64,000 nt of DNA from an uncultured Ignavibacteriales bacterium (GTDB lineage Bacteria; Zixibacteria; MSB-5A5; GN15; FEB-12): assembly GCA_964464605.1 (NCBI GenBank), contig CAYXJN010000002.1, forward strand, positions 62,001-126,000. Direction: 5' to 3'. Shown piece after piece: positions 29,927 through 39,347 of this stretch. A model generated the notes under the pieces. That model was not told the origin of the DNA. It saw nothing but the letters and a program-made list of their open reading frames with translations, and searched no databases. Each line of letters starts with the position of its first letter. Within the stretch, counting starts at the first letter, position 1. The position numbers were made by a program, and so were the translations under genes.

Positions 29927-30713
29927 CTAATTTCTGCCGTATCTGACGTAAAAACTGTCCTATTGCTTCGTTCGCTTTTCCGTTCGTTTCACGAATCGCT
30001 TTTATTAAGGCCGAGCCAATCACAACACCATCACTATACTGGCATAACCGGGCGGCTGACTCCGGAGAGTTGACGCCAAAACCGGCCATAAACGGATGAC
30101 GGAGTGTTTTCTGCAGGCGCTTCAAATAGGTATCGGTCGATTGGTCGAAAACTTTCTTTCGCCCGGTTACTCCGGTAACGCCGGTGACCGTAACCGCATA
30201 GACAAAGCCGGTTGTCGCCCGGTCGATCAGTTTCATACGTTCCGGCGTAGTTGTCGGGGCCACAAGGAAAATGAGCGATATATCCGCAGTTTTAGCCAGT
30301 GAAATAATATCATCGGCCTCTTCGACCGGTAGATCAGGAATAATCAGCCCATCGACACCGCTTGCTTTGGCGTCCGATAAAAAGCGTTTTGTACCGTAGG
30401 CGAGTATCGGGTTAAAATACCCCATGAGTATAAGCGGGATATTGACTGTTTTGCGAAGTTCAACGACCCCTTCAAGTATTCGCCTGAGTGTTGTTCCCTG
30501 TTCTAAGGAAACACGGGACGCGTATTGGATTTCCGGACCATCAGCTAACGGGTCGGAAAACGGGATTCCGATTTCGATCATATTCGCACCGTTATTGGCA
30601 GCGGTACGGACGAATGACAAAGATTCTTCAAACGTCGGATATCCAGCGGTGAAAAACGGAATCAGCAACTTCGTTGCTTTAGTCTTGGCAAGAAGGCTGT
30701 CGATCCGGTTCAT
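29919..30713 (-). CDS. trpA: Tryptophan synthase alpha chain
   Basis: [41 protein letters not shown]. Start reassigned to ATG 30713 (ATGA overlap with trpB). Confidence 0.97.
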   Translation of the reverse strand: MNRIDSLLAKTKATKLLIPFFTAGYPTFEESLSFVRTAANNGANMIEIGIPFSDPLADGPEIQYASRVSLEQGTTLRRILEGVVELRKTVNIPLILMGYFNPILAYGTKRFLSDAKASGVDGLIIPDLPVEEADDIISLAKTADISLIFLVAPTTTPERMKLIDRATTGFVYAVTVTGVTGVTGRKKVFDQSTDTYLKRLQKTLRHPFMAGFGVNSPESAARLCQYSDGVVIGSALIKAIRETNGKANEAIGQFLRQIRQKLDE

Positions 30714-31909
30714 TTGTGCTCCTTGTTCCATCGCTCGATAATCGGCATATCTTTATCACCGCGCCCGGAAAGACAAACCAAAACGACATCGGTTTTTTTG
30801 AAGAGCTTTTTGTTATTAATCAACCAGCCGATCGCATGAGATGATTCCAATGCCGGGATAATCCCTTCTAATCTCGAAACTAACCTGAATGCGGCAATAG
30901 CATCACTGTCGGTACAGGAACCGTAGGTCACTCGTTTTGTATCTTTCAACAACGAATGTTCCGGCCCGACACCGGGATAATCAAGCCCGGCTGAGACTGA
31001 GTGCGGCAATTCGATTTGTCCGTGCGTATCGTAAATCAGGTAGCTGTACGATCCATGAAGCACACCCGGCTTCCCCTTGGAAAGCGTTGCTGCGTGGCGG
31101 GTTGTATTAACACCCTCACCTGCCGCTTCAATACCGTAAAGCTTGACCTTTTTGTCACCTACAAAGTCGTAAAACATCCCGATCGCATTCGAGCCGCCGC
31201 CGACACAGGCAATCACCGCGTTCGGCAGTTTCTGAAGCTGCGCTTTGCATTGCTGTTTTGCCTCTTTGCCGATTATACGCTGGAAATCACGGACAATCAT
31301 CGGATACGGATGCGGTCCGACTACCGAGCCGATGATATAAAAGGTCGTACGGATGTTAGTCACCCAATCCCGCATCGCCTCGCTAGTGGCATCCTTGAGA
31401 GTTGCGGAACCGCTCGTGACTGGTATAACTTCCGCGCCAAGCAGTTTCATCTTCTCGACGTTGGGAGCCTGACGGACAATATCCTCCTGGCCCATATAAA
31501 TCACACATTCCATTCCGAATCGTGCACAAACCGTGGCGGTCGCTAAGCCATGTTGCCCTGCGCCGGTTTCGGCAATAATCCGCTTCTTTCCCATCCGTTT
31601 GGCCAAAAGAATTTGACCAAATGTGTTATTGATCTTATGCGCACCGGTATGGTTGCAGTCTTCCCGCTTAAACAGGACTTTTGGTCCTTTCAGGTGTTCT
31701 GTCAACCGTTCGGCGAAATACAACGGAGATGGCCGCCCGACAAACGTGGTCAGATGATTTTCCAGTTCCTGTTTGAACGTGCGATCGGTTTTGATTTTAG
31801 CGTAGAACGATTCTAACTCATCAAGCGCATAGACAACCGTTTCCGGCACATACCGTCCGCCATAAACGCCGAACCGTCCTTTATTGTCTGGATATGATTT
31901 ATTTGCCAT
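30710..31909 (-). CDS. trpB: Tryptophan synthase beta chain
   Basis: [56 protein letters not shown]. Start reassigned to ATG 31909. Confidence 0.98.
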   Translation of the reverse strand: MANKSYPDNKGRFGVYGGRYVPETVVYALDELESFYAKIKTDRTFKQELENHLTTFVGRPSPLYFAERLTEHLKGPKVLFKREDCNHTGAHKINNTFGQILLAKRMGKKRIIAETGAGQHGLATATVCARFGMECVIYMGQEDIVRQAPNVEKMKLLGAEVIPVTSGSATLKDATSEAMRDWVTNIRTTFYIIGSVVGPHPYPMIVRDFQRIIGKEAKQQCKAQLQKLPNAVIACVGGGSNAIGMFYDFVGDKKVKLYGIEAAGEGVNTTRHAATLSKGKPGVLHGSYSYLIYDTHGQIELPHSVSAGLDYPGVGPEHSLLKDTKRVTYGSCTDSDAIAAFRLVSRLEGIIPALESSHAIGWLINNKKLFKKTDVVLVCLSGRGDKDMPIIERWNKEHK

Positions 31910-32522
31910 AGCGCAGCCTGTTACATTCCCGCATAAACGCGCGGAGCCTGGTTGGTGACTTGATGCTGGGAGAACTTTCCACTCCGGAATTAACATCGAC
32001 AATTAAAGGAGCGAACCGCTCCACGCCTTCGGCGACATTTTTGACATTGATACCACCTGCAAGCATCAGGTTCGGTAACCGTTTCGGCAGCTTAATCGAC
32101 CAGTCGAACGGTTTTCCTGTGCCGCCGGATTGGTTATCTAAACAGATTACATCTGCCGAAATTCGCTGTAACCATGCAGTTTCTGTCTTATTCGAAACAA
32201 AACAGGCTTGAATAACTTTGAGATGGCTGTTATGCAACGATTTCATTTCCGGATTGGTTAACATTCGATGAACCTGAACGTATTGCAACGAGAGCTCATC
32301 AGCGATTCCCGTCATTTCCGATATGGTATGGTTTACGAACACTCCTACTCTATCGACCGTTACCGGAATCACTTTGGCGACCTGTTTTGCTTTGGTCAAG
32401 GTCAGGTAACGCGGAGATGCGGAATGAAAAATCAGACCGAGCATATCGACACCGAGTTCGGCGGCATAAGCAGCATCCTGCGCACGGGTGATTCCGCAGA
32501 CTTTGACCGAAAAATGTTTCAT
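31899..32522 (-). CDS. trpF: Phosphoribosylanthranilate isomerase
   Basis: [36 protein letters not shown]. Confidence 0.95.
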   Translation of the reverse strand: MKHFSVKVCGITRAQDAAYAAELGVDMLGLIFHSASPRYLTLTKAKQVAKVIPVTVDRVGVFVNHTISEMTGIADELSLQYVQVHRMLTNPEMKSLHNSHLKVIQACFVSNKTETAWLQRISADVICLDNQSGGTGKPFDWSIKLPKRLPNLMLAGGINVKNVAEGVERFAPLIVDVNSGVESSPSIKSPTRLRAFMRECNRLRYGK

Positions 32523-33295
32523 ACGCCGTGCAGTTTCTGGAGCAAAGCTGCCGGATTAGCAGATTTCATTAATGCTTCGCCGATCAAGAAACAGTTATAA
32601 CCATGCTGCTGCATCCGTTTGATATCGGCATGGGTAAGAATCCCGGATTCAACAACAGGAATTACTGAATCCGGTATTTGCTTGGCAAGACGCTCGGATA
32701 AACCTAAATCGACGTTGAACGTTGTCAAATCCCGGTTATTGACGCCTATTATATTTGCATTCGCATCCAAAGCTTGTTGTAACTCTTGTTCATTATGTAC
32801 TTCAACAAGACTATCTAACCCAAGTGAGTCCGCGAGGGCGATATAACGAATCAATGTGCCGCTGTCATACATACGAGCGATCAACAGAACGGCATCTGCT
32901 CCCATATATCGAGCGTAGTAAAACTGGTACTCATCGATCATGAAATCCTTGCAGAGCACGGGCAAACCGGAAGCTTCCTGCGCGATTTTCAAATAGCTCG
33001 AATCACCGAGAAAATACTTGGTTTCCGTCAGTACCGATAACGCAACTGCTCCACCTGCTTTATAGTTCCTTGCGATCTGCGCGACATCGAAGTTTTCACT
33101 GAGCAATCCCTTTGATGGTGACGCTTTTTTGATTTCGGCAATGACATTAACGCTATCTTTTTGACTTAATGCATTAAGAAAGGAACGTGTGGAGGATTTA
33201 CGTACCGACTCAATTTGCGATAATGGTAAGCGCTTCTTTAACAATGCCAGCTCTTCCCGTTTATCGGTTGTGATTTTGTTGAGTATGTCACTCAC
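32519..33295 (-). CDS. trpC: Indole-3-glycerol phosphate synthase
   Basis: IAEIKKASPSKG, LSVLTE, KDF, GADAVLLI, LVEVH, GVNNRDL, ESGI, LIGEALM. Confidence 0.97.
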   Translation of the reverse strand: MSDILNKITTDKREELALLKKRLPLSQIESVRKSSTRSFLNALSQKDSVNVIAEIKKASPSKGLLSENFDVAQIARNYKAGGAVALSVLTETKYFLGDSSYLKIAQEASGLPVLCKDFMIDEYQFYYARYMGADAVLLIARMYDSGTLIRYIALADSLGLDSLVEVHNEQELQQALDANANIIGVNNRDLTTFNVDLGLSERLAKQIPDSVIPVVESGILTHADIKRMQQHGYNCFLIGEALMKSANPAALLQKLHGV

Positions 33296-34302
33296 GGCAT
33301 CCTCGATGCATTAATCCACTCCGATAATTTTATTTGCGCCGAACCGGAGTCGATTGCTTTTTCGGCACTACGAATACCGTCCGCTATTGCCTCAACTTTG
33401 CCCGCAACATACAGTAATGCCGCTGAGTTAATCACTACTGCATTGCGGAGCTCTCCCTGCTGACCGTTCAACAAATCAAGCAGCAGGCGATGGTTATGTA
33501 CTGGGTCCCCGCCTGACACCTCGGAACCTGCTGAGATTCGCATCATTTTCGACGGGTCAATCGTCCCGTTGCTGTATTTGCCATGATTGATTTCGACATA
33601 ATCAGTCGGAACAGTTGCGGAAATTTCATCATGTCCGTCCCGTGAATGAACAACCAGCACATGCTCCGATCCGGTAATAGCTAATACTTCCGCAACTAAA
33701 GGCAGCAACGCTGCATCGTAGACCCCGATCACCTGACGTTTTACCCCGGCAGGGTTGGTCATCGGCCCGAGAATATTGAATACGGTGCGAATACCGAGCT
33801 CTTTGCGCGGTGTGGCGGCATGTTTCATCGCCGGGTGAAACCTCGGCGCAAACATAAATCCAAATCCGATATCATTGATTGTTTTCGTGACTTGCTCCGG
33901 TCCCGGGTCAATCGCGCCACCGCAGGTTTCAAGCAAATCGGCCGAGCCGCATTTTGAACTGATCGAACGGTTACCATGCTTGGCCACCGTTGCTCCGGTA
34001 GCGGCGGCAACCAGTGATGCAGCAGTCGAGATATTGAATGTTCCTTTTCCATCTCCGCCGGTACCGCAGCCATCAATAGCATTCGTATCATTGACTTGAA
34101 TCCGCACGGAATAATTCCGCATCGATTGTACAAAGCCTGCCACCTCCTGTGCTGTTTCCCCTTTGAGACGCAAAGCGACCAGAAATCCTGCTATTTGTGC
34201 CGGAGTCGCCTCACCGCTCATAATACTGTTCATCACCATCGCCGCTTCCGACTGCGTCAGTGACTCTTTGGCTAAGATTTTTTTAATGCCGTCCTGTATC
34301 AT
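33292..34302 (-). CDS. trpD: Anthranilate phosphoribosyltransferase
   Basis: DGCGTGGDG, FNIST, KHGNRSISSKCGSAD, FHPAMK, RTVFNILGP. Confidence 0.97.
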   Translation of the reverse strand: MIQDGIKKILAKESLTQSEAAMVMNSIMSGEATPAQIAGFLVALRLKGETAQEVAGFVQSMRNYSVRIQVNDTNAIDGCGTGGDGKGTFNISTAASLVAAATGATVAKHGNRSISSKCGSADLLETCGGAIDPGPEQVTKTINDIGFGFMFAPRFHPAMKHAATPRKELGIRTVFNILGPMTNPAGVKRQVIGVYDAALLPLVAEVLAITGSEHVLVVHSRDGHDEISATVPTDYVEINHGKYSNGTIDPSKMMRISAGSEVSGGDPVHNHRLLLDLLNGQQGELRNAVVINSAALLYVAGKVEAIADGIRSAEKAIDSGSAQIKLSEWINASRMP

Positions 34303-34865
34303 CAGAGCGTTTCCAGAAAGTTTTTGAGGATCTGCTTGCCGTGGGTGGTCATTATCGATTCCGGATGAAACTGCACACCGTAGATCGGCAGTGCACGATG
34401 CTGTATCCCCATGATGACATCACCAGTCCAAGCCGTTCGCGTAAACTCTTTTGACAGAGTCTTGGGATCTATAACGAGTGAATGATACCGTGTTGCAGTA
34501 AACGGGGAAGGAACATTCGCATAGAGTTTCGACTTGTCATGTTCAACTGCCGATGTCTTCCCGTGCATCAGTTCCGGCGCGTAGGTAATACTCCCGCCGT
34601 AGACTTGCCCTATTGCCTGATGACCAAGACAAACACCTAGCATCGGGATTTTTCCGCTGTTGGCTGTAATCAATTTATTCATAATTCCGGCCTGCTCAGG
34701 ACGACCCGGGCCGGGTGAAAGCACGATACCTTTTAACTTCATCGCCATAATTTGATCAACAGAAACGGCATCGTTACGAATAACATTCACCTCCGCTCCC
34801 AACTCAGCCAAATACTGGTACAAGTTGTAGGTAAACGAATCGTAGTTATCTAATAACAGTAACAT
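34302..34865 (-). CDS. trpG: Anthranilate synthase component II (glutamine amidotransferase)
   Basis: DNYDSFTYNL, SPGPG, GVCLGHQ, RYHSL, QFHPES. Confidence 0.97.
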   Translation of the reverse strand: MLLLLDNYDSFTYNLYQYLAELGAEVNVIRNDAVSVDQIMAMKLKGIVLSPGPGRPEQAGIMNKLITANSGKIPMLGVCLGHQAIGQVYGGSITYAPELMHGKTSAVEHDKSKLYANVPSPFTATRYHSLVIDPKTLSKEFTRTAWTGDVIMGIQHRALPIYGVQFHPESIMTTHGKQILKNFLETL

Positions 34866-34867
34866 TG

Positions 34868-36322
34868 TTACTCTCCGGTCACCGCTTCGACTAAGATTCG
34901 GGCTTTCGCTTCGGTCTCTTCAAATTCTTTTTCCGGAACGGAATTGGCAACAATACCGGCTCCTGCCTGCAGAAAGTACCGGTTTTTCTTTTTTACCAGA
35001 GTACGTATTGCTATACAGGAGTCGATATTCCCCCAAAAATCGATATACCCAACCGACCCGGCATAAACACCACGTTGTTCCGATTCCAGTTCATTGATAA
35101 TTTCCATCGCCCGAATTTTCGGTGCTCCGGAAACAGTACCCGCCGGAAAACAGGCCATATGCCCGGACAAACTCGGTATGCTGCGACGCAGCTTTCCCTT
35201 AACTGAGCTTACGATATGTATTACATGCGAATACTTTTCTATTTTCATCTGCTCTTGAATTATCACCGAACCGGGTTCGCTGACCCGGCCGATATCATTC
35301 CGACCTAAATCCAAAAGCATCGTATGTTCAGCCAGCTCTTTGGCATCTTTCAGTAATTCTTTAATCATGGCGGCATCTTCCGCTTCGTTTGTGCCCCGTT
35401 TACGAGTTCCCGCTATTGGGCGGGTTTCGATTTCTCCATGTTCGACACGCGCCATCATTTCCGGAGAGGCTCCTACTAACGAGTTGTCGCCGAAGTTCAA
35501 CAGAAACATGTACGGGGACGGATTCAATCTTCGTAAACGGCGATACACGGTTAACGGATTACGTTTGGAATCGACATGCCACCGCTGCGACAGCACAACC
35601 TGAAAAATGTCTCCTTCATGAATGTAGTGCTGCGCTTTCTTGACGGTTTCCACGAACGCGTTACGTTTGATATGCGGCTGGATTTTACTTTTGCTTATTT
35701 CTTTCTTTTCGGCAATTCGCCTTGGCGTGACTAACTGTTTCTGAATACGCTTAATCCAAAGTTCAGCTGCTTTGTATTGTTTAGTCAGATCCGTCTGTGA
35801 AGTCGGCGTTATGATATTCGCTAAAATGATAAGTTCCTGTTTCAGATGATCGAAAATCAATAATCGGTTATATAAACCGAATCGAAACAAGGGCAGACCA
35901 AGTGAATCAGGATTCGTAATCGGCAGCTTTTCCGAAAGTGCGGCCGTTTCATAGGAAAAATACCCGACCCCTCCGCCGGTGAAACGTGGTAATCCTTCCA
36001 TAGCAACCGGCTTGTATTGAAAGAAAAATTTGTGTAGGATTTCTAACGGCTGACCTGATACAATTTTCTTTTTCTTACCTTGAATAATCGTTACAGAATC
36101 TCTTGCCCCTTCAATAATCAAATATGGCTCCGCGCCCAAAAACGAGTATCGTGCTAACTTTTCGCCACCTTCAACTGATTCGAGCAGAAAGTTTTCACTT
36201 GTCGTATGCGCGACCGACATGTACGCCAGTACCGGCGTGTACAAATCCGCCGGAATGCGGGTAAATACCGGGATAACATTTCCTCGCTTACTCAGCTGTA
36301 TCGCATCTTTCAGCGTAATCAT
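34868..36322 (-). CDS. trpE: Anthranilate synthase component I
   Basis: LLES (Trp feedback motif), GDIFQVVLSQR, NPSPYM, PIAGT, EHTMLLDLGRND, GTVSGAPKIRAM. Confidence 0.97.
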   Translation of the reverse strand: MITLKDAIQLSKRGNVIPVFTRIPADLYTPVLAYMSVAHTTSENFLLESVEGGEKLARYSFLGAEPYLIIEGARDSVTIIQGKKKKIVSGQPLEILHKFFFQYKPVAMEGLPRFTGGGVGYFSYETAALSEKLPITNPDSLGLPLFRFGLYNRLLIFDHLKQELIILANIITPTSQTDLTKQYKAAELWIKRIQKQLVTPRRIAEKKEISKSKIQPHIKRNAFVETVKKAQHYIHEGDIFQVVLSQRWHVDSKRNPLTVYRRLRRLNPSPYMFLLNFGDNSLVGASPEMMARVEHGEIETRPIAGTRKRGTNEAEDAAMIKELLKDAKELAEHTMLLDLGRNDIGRVSEPGSVIIQEQMKIEKYSHVIHIVSSVKGKLRRSIPSLSGHMACFPAGTVSGAPKIRAMEIINELESEQRGVYAGSVGYIDFWGNIDSCIAIRTLVKKKNRYFLQAGAGIVANSVPEKEFEETEAKARILVEAVTGE

Positions 36323-37146
36323 GCAAACTTAAACACTCCAAACGCGACCGATGAAACCGGTCCGGATAACGTAACCCGGTCACGTTTCGCGTTCCATTCA
36401 ATGGAAACTGTACCGGCGACCGATTTGACTTTGCATTTTCGATCTAATAATCCGAGCATCACCCCTGCGCAGACTGAAGCCATCGAACCGGTTCCGGACG
36501 ACGAGGTCTCCCCCACTCCCCGTTCCCACAATCTCACTTCACAGAGCCGACGGCTCTTTATTTTTACGAATTCGACATTAGTTCGGTTAGGAAAGGCTCG
36601 ATGTGCCTCGATATCGGCACCGACTGTTTTCCAGTCAAAGACGAATGAATCGACAAATAAGACTGCATGCGGATTTCCAACCGAGAGCGCCGTTACCGGT
36701 AACCCTATCCCCGCTATTTTGAGCTGTTGGTTAACGAAATTGCGTGACGCGACCTTCATCGGAATCTGCTTAGTCAGAAAATTCGGCGGTGGAAAATCAG
36801 CAGACACAATCGTTCCGGCCTTTGAGCTATTCCCGATAATGACATCCTGTATGGTTCCCCCCATCTCGACTTTCAATTGTTTCTTCCTCTGCAGGTGATG
36901 TAAATGCAGCGCTGCTATCCGCAATCCGTTTCCGGAGCGTTCCGCCCAACTGCCGTCGGCGTTGTAGATATCCGCTTTGCCGTTTGCCTGAACGAACAGG
37001 ACACCATCCGCCCCGACTCCGGTATGGCGGTTACAGATCGCTTTGGTTAAGTGGCTGCGCATTCTAGCGGTAAATTGCCCAGTTTTCGTCATTACAACGA
37101 TGAAATCGTTTCCAAGCGCATGGTATTTATGGAATTGTATATTCAT
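36319..37146 (-). CDS. dapF: Diaminopimelate epimerase-fold protein with Ser/Ser active-site pair
   Basis: KYHALGNDF, RHTGVGADG, NADGSWAERSGNGLR, VGNPHAV, NVEF, WERGVGETSSSGTG; both canonical catalytic Cys positions read Ser. Confidence 0.85.
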   Translation of the reverse strand: MNIQFHKYHALGNDFIVVMTKTGQFTARMRSHLTKAICNRHTGVGADGVLFVQANGKADIYNADGSWAERSGNGLRIAALHLHHLQRKKQLKVEMGGTIQDVIIGNSSKAGTIVSADFPPPNFLTKQIPMKVASRNFVNQQLKIAGIGLPVTALSVGNPHAVLFVDSFVFDWKTVGADIEAHRAFPNRTNVEFVKIKSRRLCEVRLWERGVGETSSSGTGSMASVCAGVMLGLLDRKCKVKSVAGTVSIEWNAKRDRVTLSGPVSSVAFGVFKFA

Positions 37147-37185
37147 AGTCCTGTTAATTCATCTGTTATCGGTTTTATAGGCAAC

Positions 37186-37212
37186 AAAAAAGCCCGCCTT
37201 CCGGCGAGCTTT
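37186..37212 (-). terminator. Attenuator intrinsic terminator upstream of dapF-trpE
   Basis: Minus strand AAAGCTCGCC-GGAA-GGCGGGCTTTTTT: GC stem, GNRA loop, U-tract. Confidence 0.88.
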
Positions 37213-37244
37213 CGGTAGTTCCTACTATCAACTATAAACGTAAC

Positions 37245-37313
37245 TCAAACGCCGGACAAACAAACTCCCTTACGCCACCACCAATAATAGTTCTGTCCGG
37301 TCAGGTTTTTCAT
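37245..37313 (-). CDS. trpL: Trp/Tyr-rich attenuator leader peptide MKNLTGQNYYWWWRKGVCLSGV (22 aa)
   Basis: ATG 37313 to TGA 37245; codons TAT TAT TGG TGG TGG in tandem; directly upstream of a terminator and the trp operon. Confidence 0.88.
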   Translation of the reverse strand: MKNLTGQNYYWWWRKGVCLSGV

Positions 37314-37318
37314 AACGG

Positions 37319-38533
37319 TTACAATATAACCGATCTTAGTAATTTGTCCAGACGTTTTATCCCTTCCACGATGTTCTCACGGCTTGCATTGGAGAAATTC
37401 AGGCGCAAACAGTAGTCATTACCGCCATTCGGGAAAAACGGCCCGCCCGGTACGTAGACAACATCAACCTCAACTGCCTTCGGCAGCAGCTCCCTGGTCG
37501 AAATATGTTTGGGCAGTTCTATCCAAAGGAACATCCCGCCTTGGGGTGTTGTCCATTTGACTGATTTCGGGAACAGCCGGGTCATTTCGGATACCATTAG
37601 ATCCCGCTTGGACCGGTAATCGGCGCAGATTTTCTGAATATGCAGATCGAGTTTACCCGCTTTGATGTATTCAAGAATCATATACTGATTCAAGCTCGGC
37701 GTATGCAGGTCGGTCGCCTGTTTGATTTTTTCCAATTGTCCCAGAAAACTATCCGACGCATTTATCCAGCCCATTCGCAAACCGGGCGTTACGGTTTTGG
37801 AAAATGTCCGCAGCGCAATCACCGAATCCCCGCCGAGCGATTTCAAACTCGGCAATGATTCCCCCTCGAAGCGGAGCTTCATGTACGGGTCATCATCCAA
37901 AAGCGGCACGTTATGTTTCGCCGCTATCTCGACCAGCTTCTGCCGTCGATCTTTGGCCAGCGTTATTCCGGTTGGATTTTGAAATGACGGGATAACATAA
38001 ATAAATTTCGGTTTGTATTTGGTAATCGCCGATTCGAGCTCATCCGGCAAAAGCCCGTGCTCATCCATCGGCAGATCGACATACCTGGCGCCGTAGGTAT
38101 TGAAGGTATGAATCGCGCCGACATACGTTGGCCGCTCGGTCAAAATATAATCCCCCGGCTCAATAAACAGCCGCGCCAGCAAATCTAAACCCTGCTGCGC
38201 GCCGGTGGTAATCATGATGTTTTCAATCGAGGTCAGAGAGCCATCGGCGATATCCCGAATCGCTATCTCCTGTCTGAGCGGAAGAACGCCGCGGGTAATT
38301 GAATATTGCAGCGCCGCGGTGCCATGTTTGGCTAAGGCGGTTTCGGCTGCTATTTTCAAGTCCTCGACCGGGAAAAGTTCCGGCGCGGGAAGACCACCGG
38401 CAAAGGAGATTATCCCCGGTTTTGTGGCGACTTTGAGAATTTCACGGATAGCATTTGGTTGGAGGTCCAAAAACCTTGTTTGGATTTGCCAGCCCGCGGT
38501 TTGGTCGGGCGCTGTTGTCTGGTCAGGTTTCAT
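37319..38533 (-). CDS. PLP-dependent aminotransferase (LysN/ARO8-like, MocR-type catalytic domain without HTH)
   Basis: IREILK..ISFAGGLPAPELFP, GAQQGLDL, FQNPTG, DDDPY, TFSKTVTPGLRMGW, GGMFLW, LRLNFS. Confidence 0.9.
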   Translation of the reverse strand: MKPDQTTAPDQTAGWQIQTRFLDLQPNAIREILKVATKPGIISFAGGLPAPELFPVEDLKIAAETALAKHGTAALQYSITRGVLPLRQEIAIRDIADGSLTSIENIMITTGAQQGLDLLARLFIEPGDYILTERPTYVGAIHTFNTYGARYVDLPMDEHGLLPDELESAITKYKPKFIYVIPSFQNPTGITLAKDRRQKLVEIAAKHNVPLLDDDPYMKLRFEGESLPSLKSLGGDSVIALRTFSKTVTPGLRMGWINASDSFLGQLEKIKQATDLHTPSLNQYMILEYIKAGKLDLHIQKICADYRSKRDLMVSEMTRLFPKSVKWTTPQGGMFLWIELPKHISTRELLPKAVEVDVVYVPGGPFFPNGGNDYCLRLNFSNASRENIVEGIKRLDKLLRSVIL

Positions 38534-38600
38534 GGCCTGAATATATGGAAATAGTTAACCGACAATCAACTAAAGCATAAAAGGGACATAGACACCAATG

Positions 38601-38629
38601 TTGACAGGAACGAGATTTCGGTCTATTCT
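38601..38629 (+). promoter_or_regulatory. sigma70 promoter TTGACA-N17-TATTCT for tRNA-Thr
   Basis: Perfect -35, 17-nt spacer, 18 nt upstream of the tRNA. Confidence 0.7.
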
Positions 38630-38647
38630 GTGGCCTGCTTGGTATTA

Positions 38648-38720
38648 GCCACCGTAGCTCAGCTGGTAGAGCAATTGATTCGTAATCAATAGGTCAGCGG
38701 TTCGATCCCGCTCGGTGGCT
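38648..38720 (+). tRNA. tRNA-Thr (anticodon CGT)
   Basis: Acceptor stem GCCACCG/CGGTGGC, D-arm TAGCTCAGCTGGTAGAGC, anticodon arm ATTGA-TTCGTAA-TCAAT, T-arm GGTTCGATCC; CCA not encoded. Confidence 0.95.
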
Positions 38721-38782
38721 TTGATAACTTACATATGTGAGAAGCAAATCAAGCTGTCATATTGAAAAGCCGTCATAAATAA

Positions 38783-38814
38783 GGCGTCGGTGCCCCACCC
38801 TTTAGGGTGGGTTC
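38783..38814 (+). repeat. REP-like palindrome, left flank of RAYT
   Basis: GGCGTCGGTGCCCCACCCTTTAGGGTGGGTTC with hairpin CCCACCCT/AGGGTGGG; inverted near-copy at 39348-39379. Confidence 0.8.
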
Positions 38815-38821
38815 CCCTCAA

Positions 38822-39304
38822 TTACACACCAATTTCATCCATTTCAATCAATTCATTCCTCTTACCGTTGTACCAATTAAAGCTCGACCACTTCCATTCA
38901 TTTGGCTGGGTGATCAATCCGCGTTTAACCGGATTGTTATGACAGTACTCAATTTTCTGTTTAACATCCTCGGTTGTTCGGCAAGAGTTGTCATAACATC
39001 GTTTATTCCAAAAGACATGTTTGTCATTTCCATGATGTAGCTGAAAGAATCTCCGTGATGTTACCCCTTTTAACTGCCCAATCAGCAAACCGGCCTTTTC
39101 ACCTTCTTGCGGATGAAGAACCAAATGAACATGCTCAGGCATGAGAACGTAGCCATACAGCTTGAAACTGTTAGTTTGTCTGAGTTCGCTCAATACCTGA
39201 AGGAATTGAATGCATGCTCGGTCATCACGAAGAAAAGGAAGCCGCCGGTAACAACTGAAAGTGGTAAATCGAACGAGATTGTTATTTTGCCCCTGAAAAG
39301 ACAT
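38822..39304 (-). mobile_element. REP-associated tyrosine transposase (RAYT / TnpA-REP, IS200-like Y1 HUH family)
   Basis: FTTFSCYRR, HUH motif MPEHVHL, FWNKRCYD, catalytic Tyr in KIEYCHNNPVKRGL, WKWSS; flanked by inverted REPs. Start reassigned to ATG 39304. Confidence 0.88.
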
Positions 39305-39347
39305 GTAATAAGATAAATGATTCGAGGGTTTGTTCTGTATCACATCT

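Larger units (their letters stand above)
37186..37313 (-). promoter_or_regulatory. Ribosome-mediated transcription attenuator (1:2, 2:3 and 3:4 alternative hairpins)
   Basis: Segment 1 CCGGACAGAAC (37290-37300) pairs with segment 2 GTTTGTCCGG (37252-37261). Segment 2 TCCGGCG (37250-37256) can instead pair with CGCCGGA (37200-37206) in the terminator 5' arm/loop. Confidence 0.85.

Noticed and set aside
30714..32002. Long N-terminal extensions and large gene overlaps implied by the ORF track (trpA, trpB; likewise coaE, nadD, rimO, aroQ, rsmE, RAYT)
   Set aside because: These come from choosing the most upstream start. Downstream ATGs match family N-termini and give normal short overlaps.
36206..36898. 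230-aa + strand ORF antisense to dapF/trpE, and the many other antisense or nested ORFs in the track
   Set aside because: They lie opposite or inside well-supported genes and have no recognisable motifs; treated as shadow ORFs.
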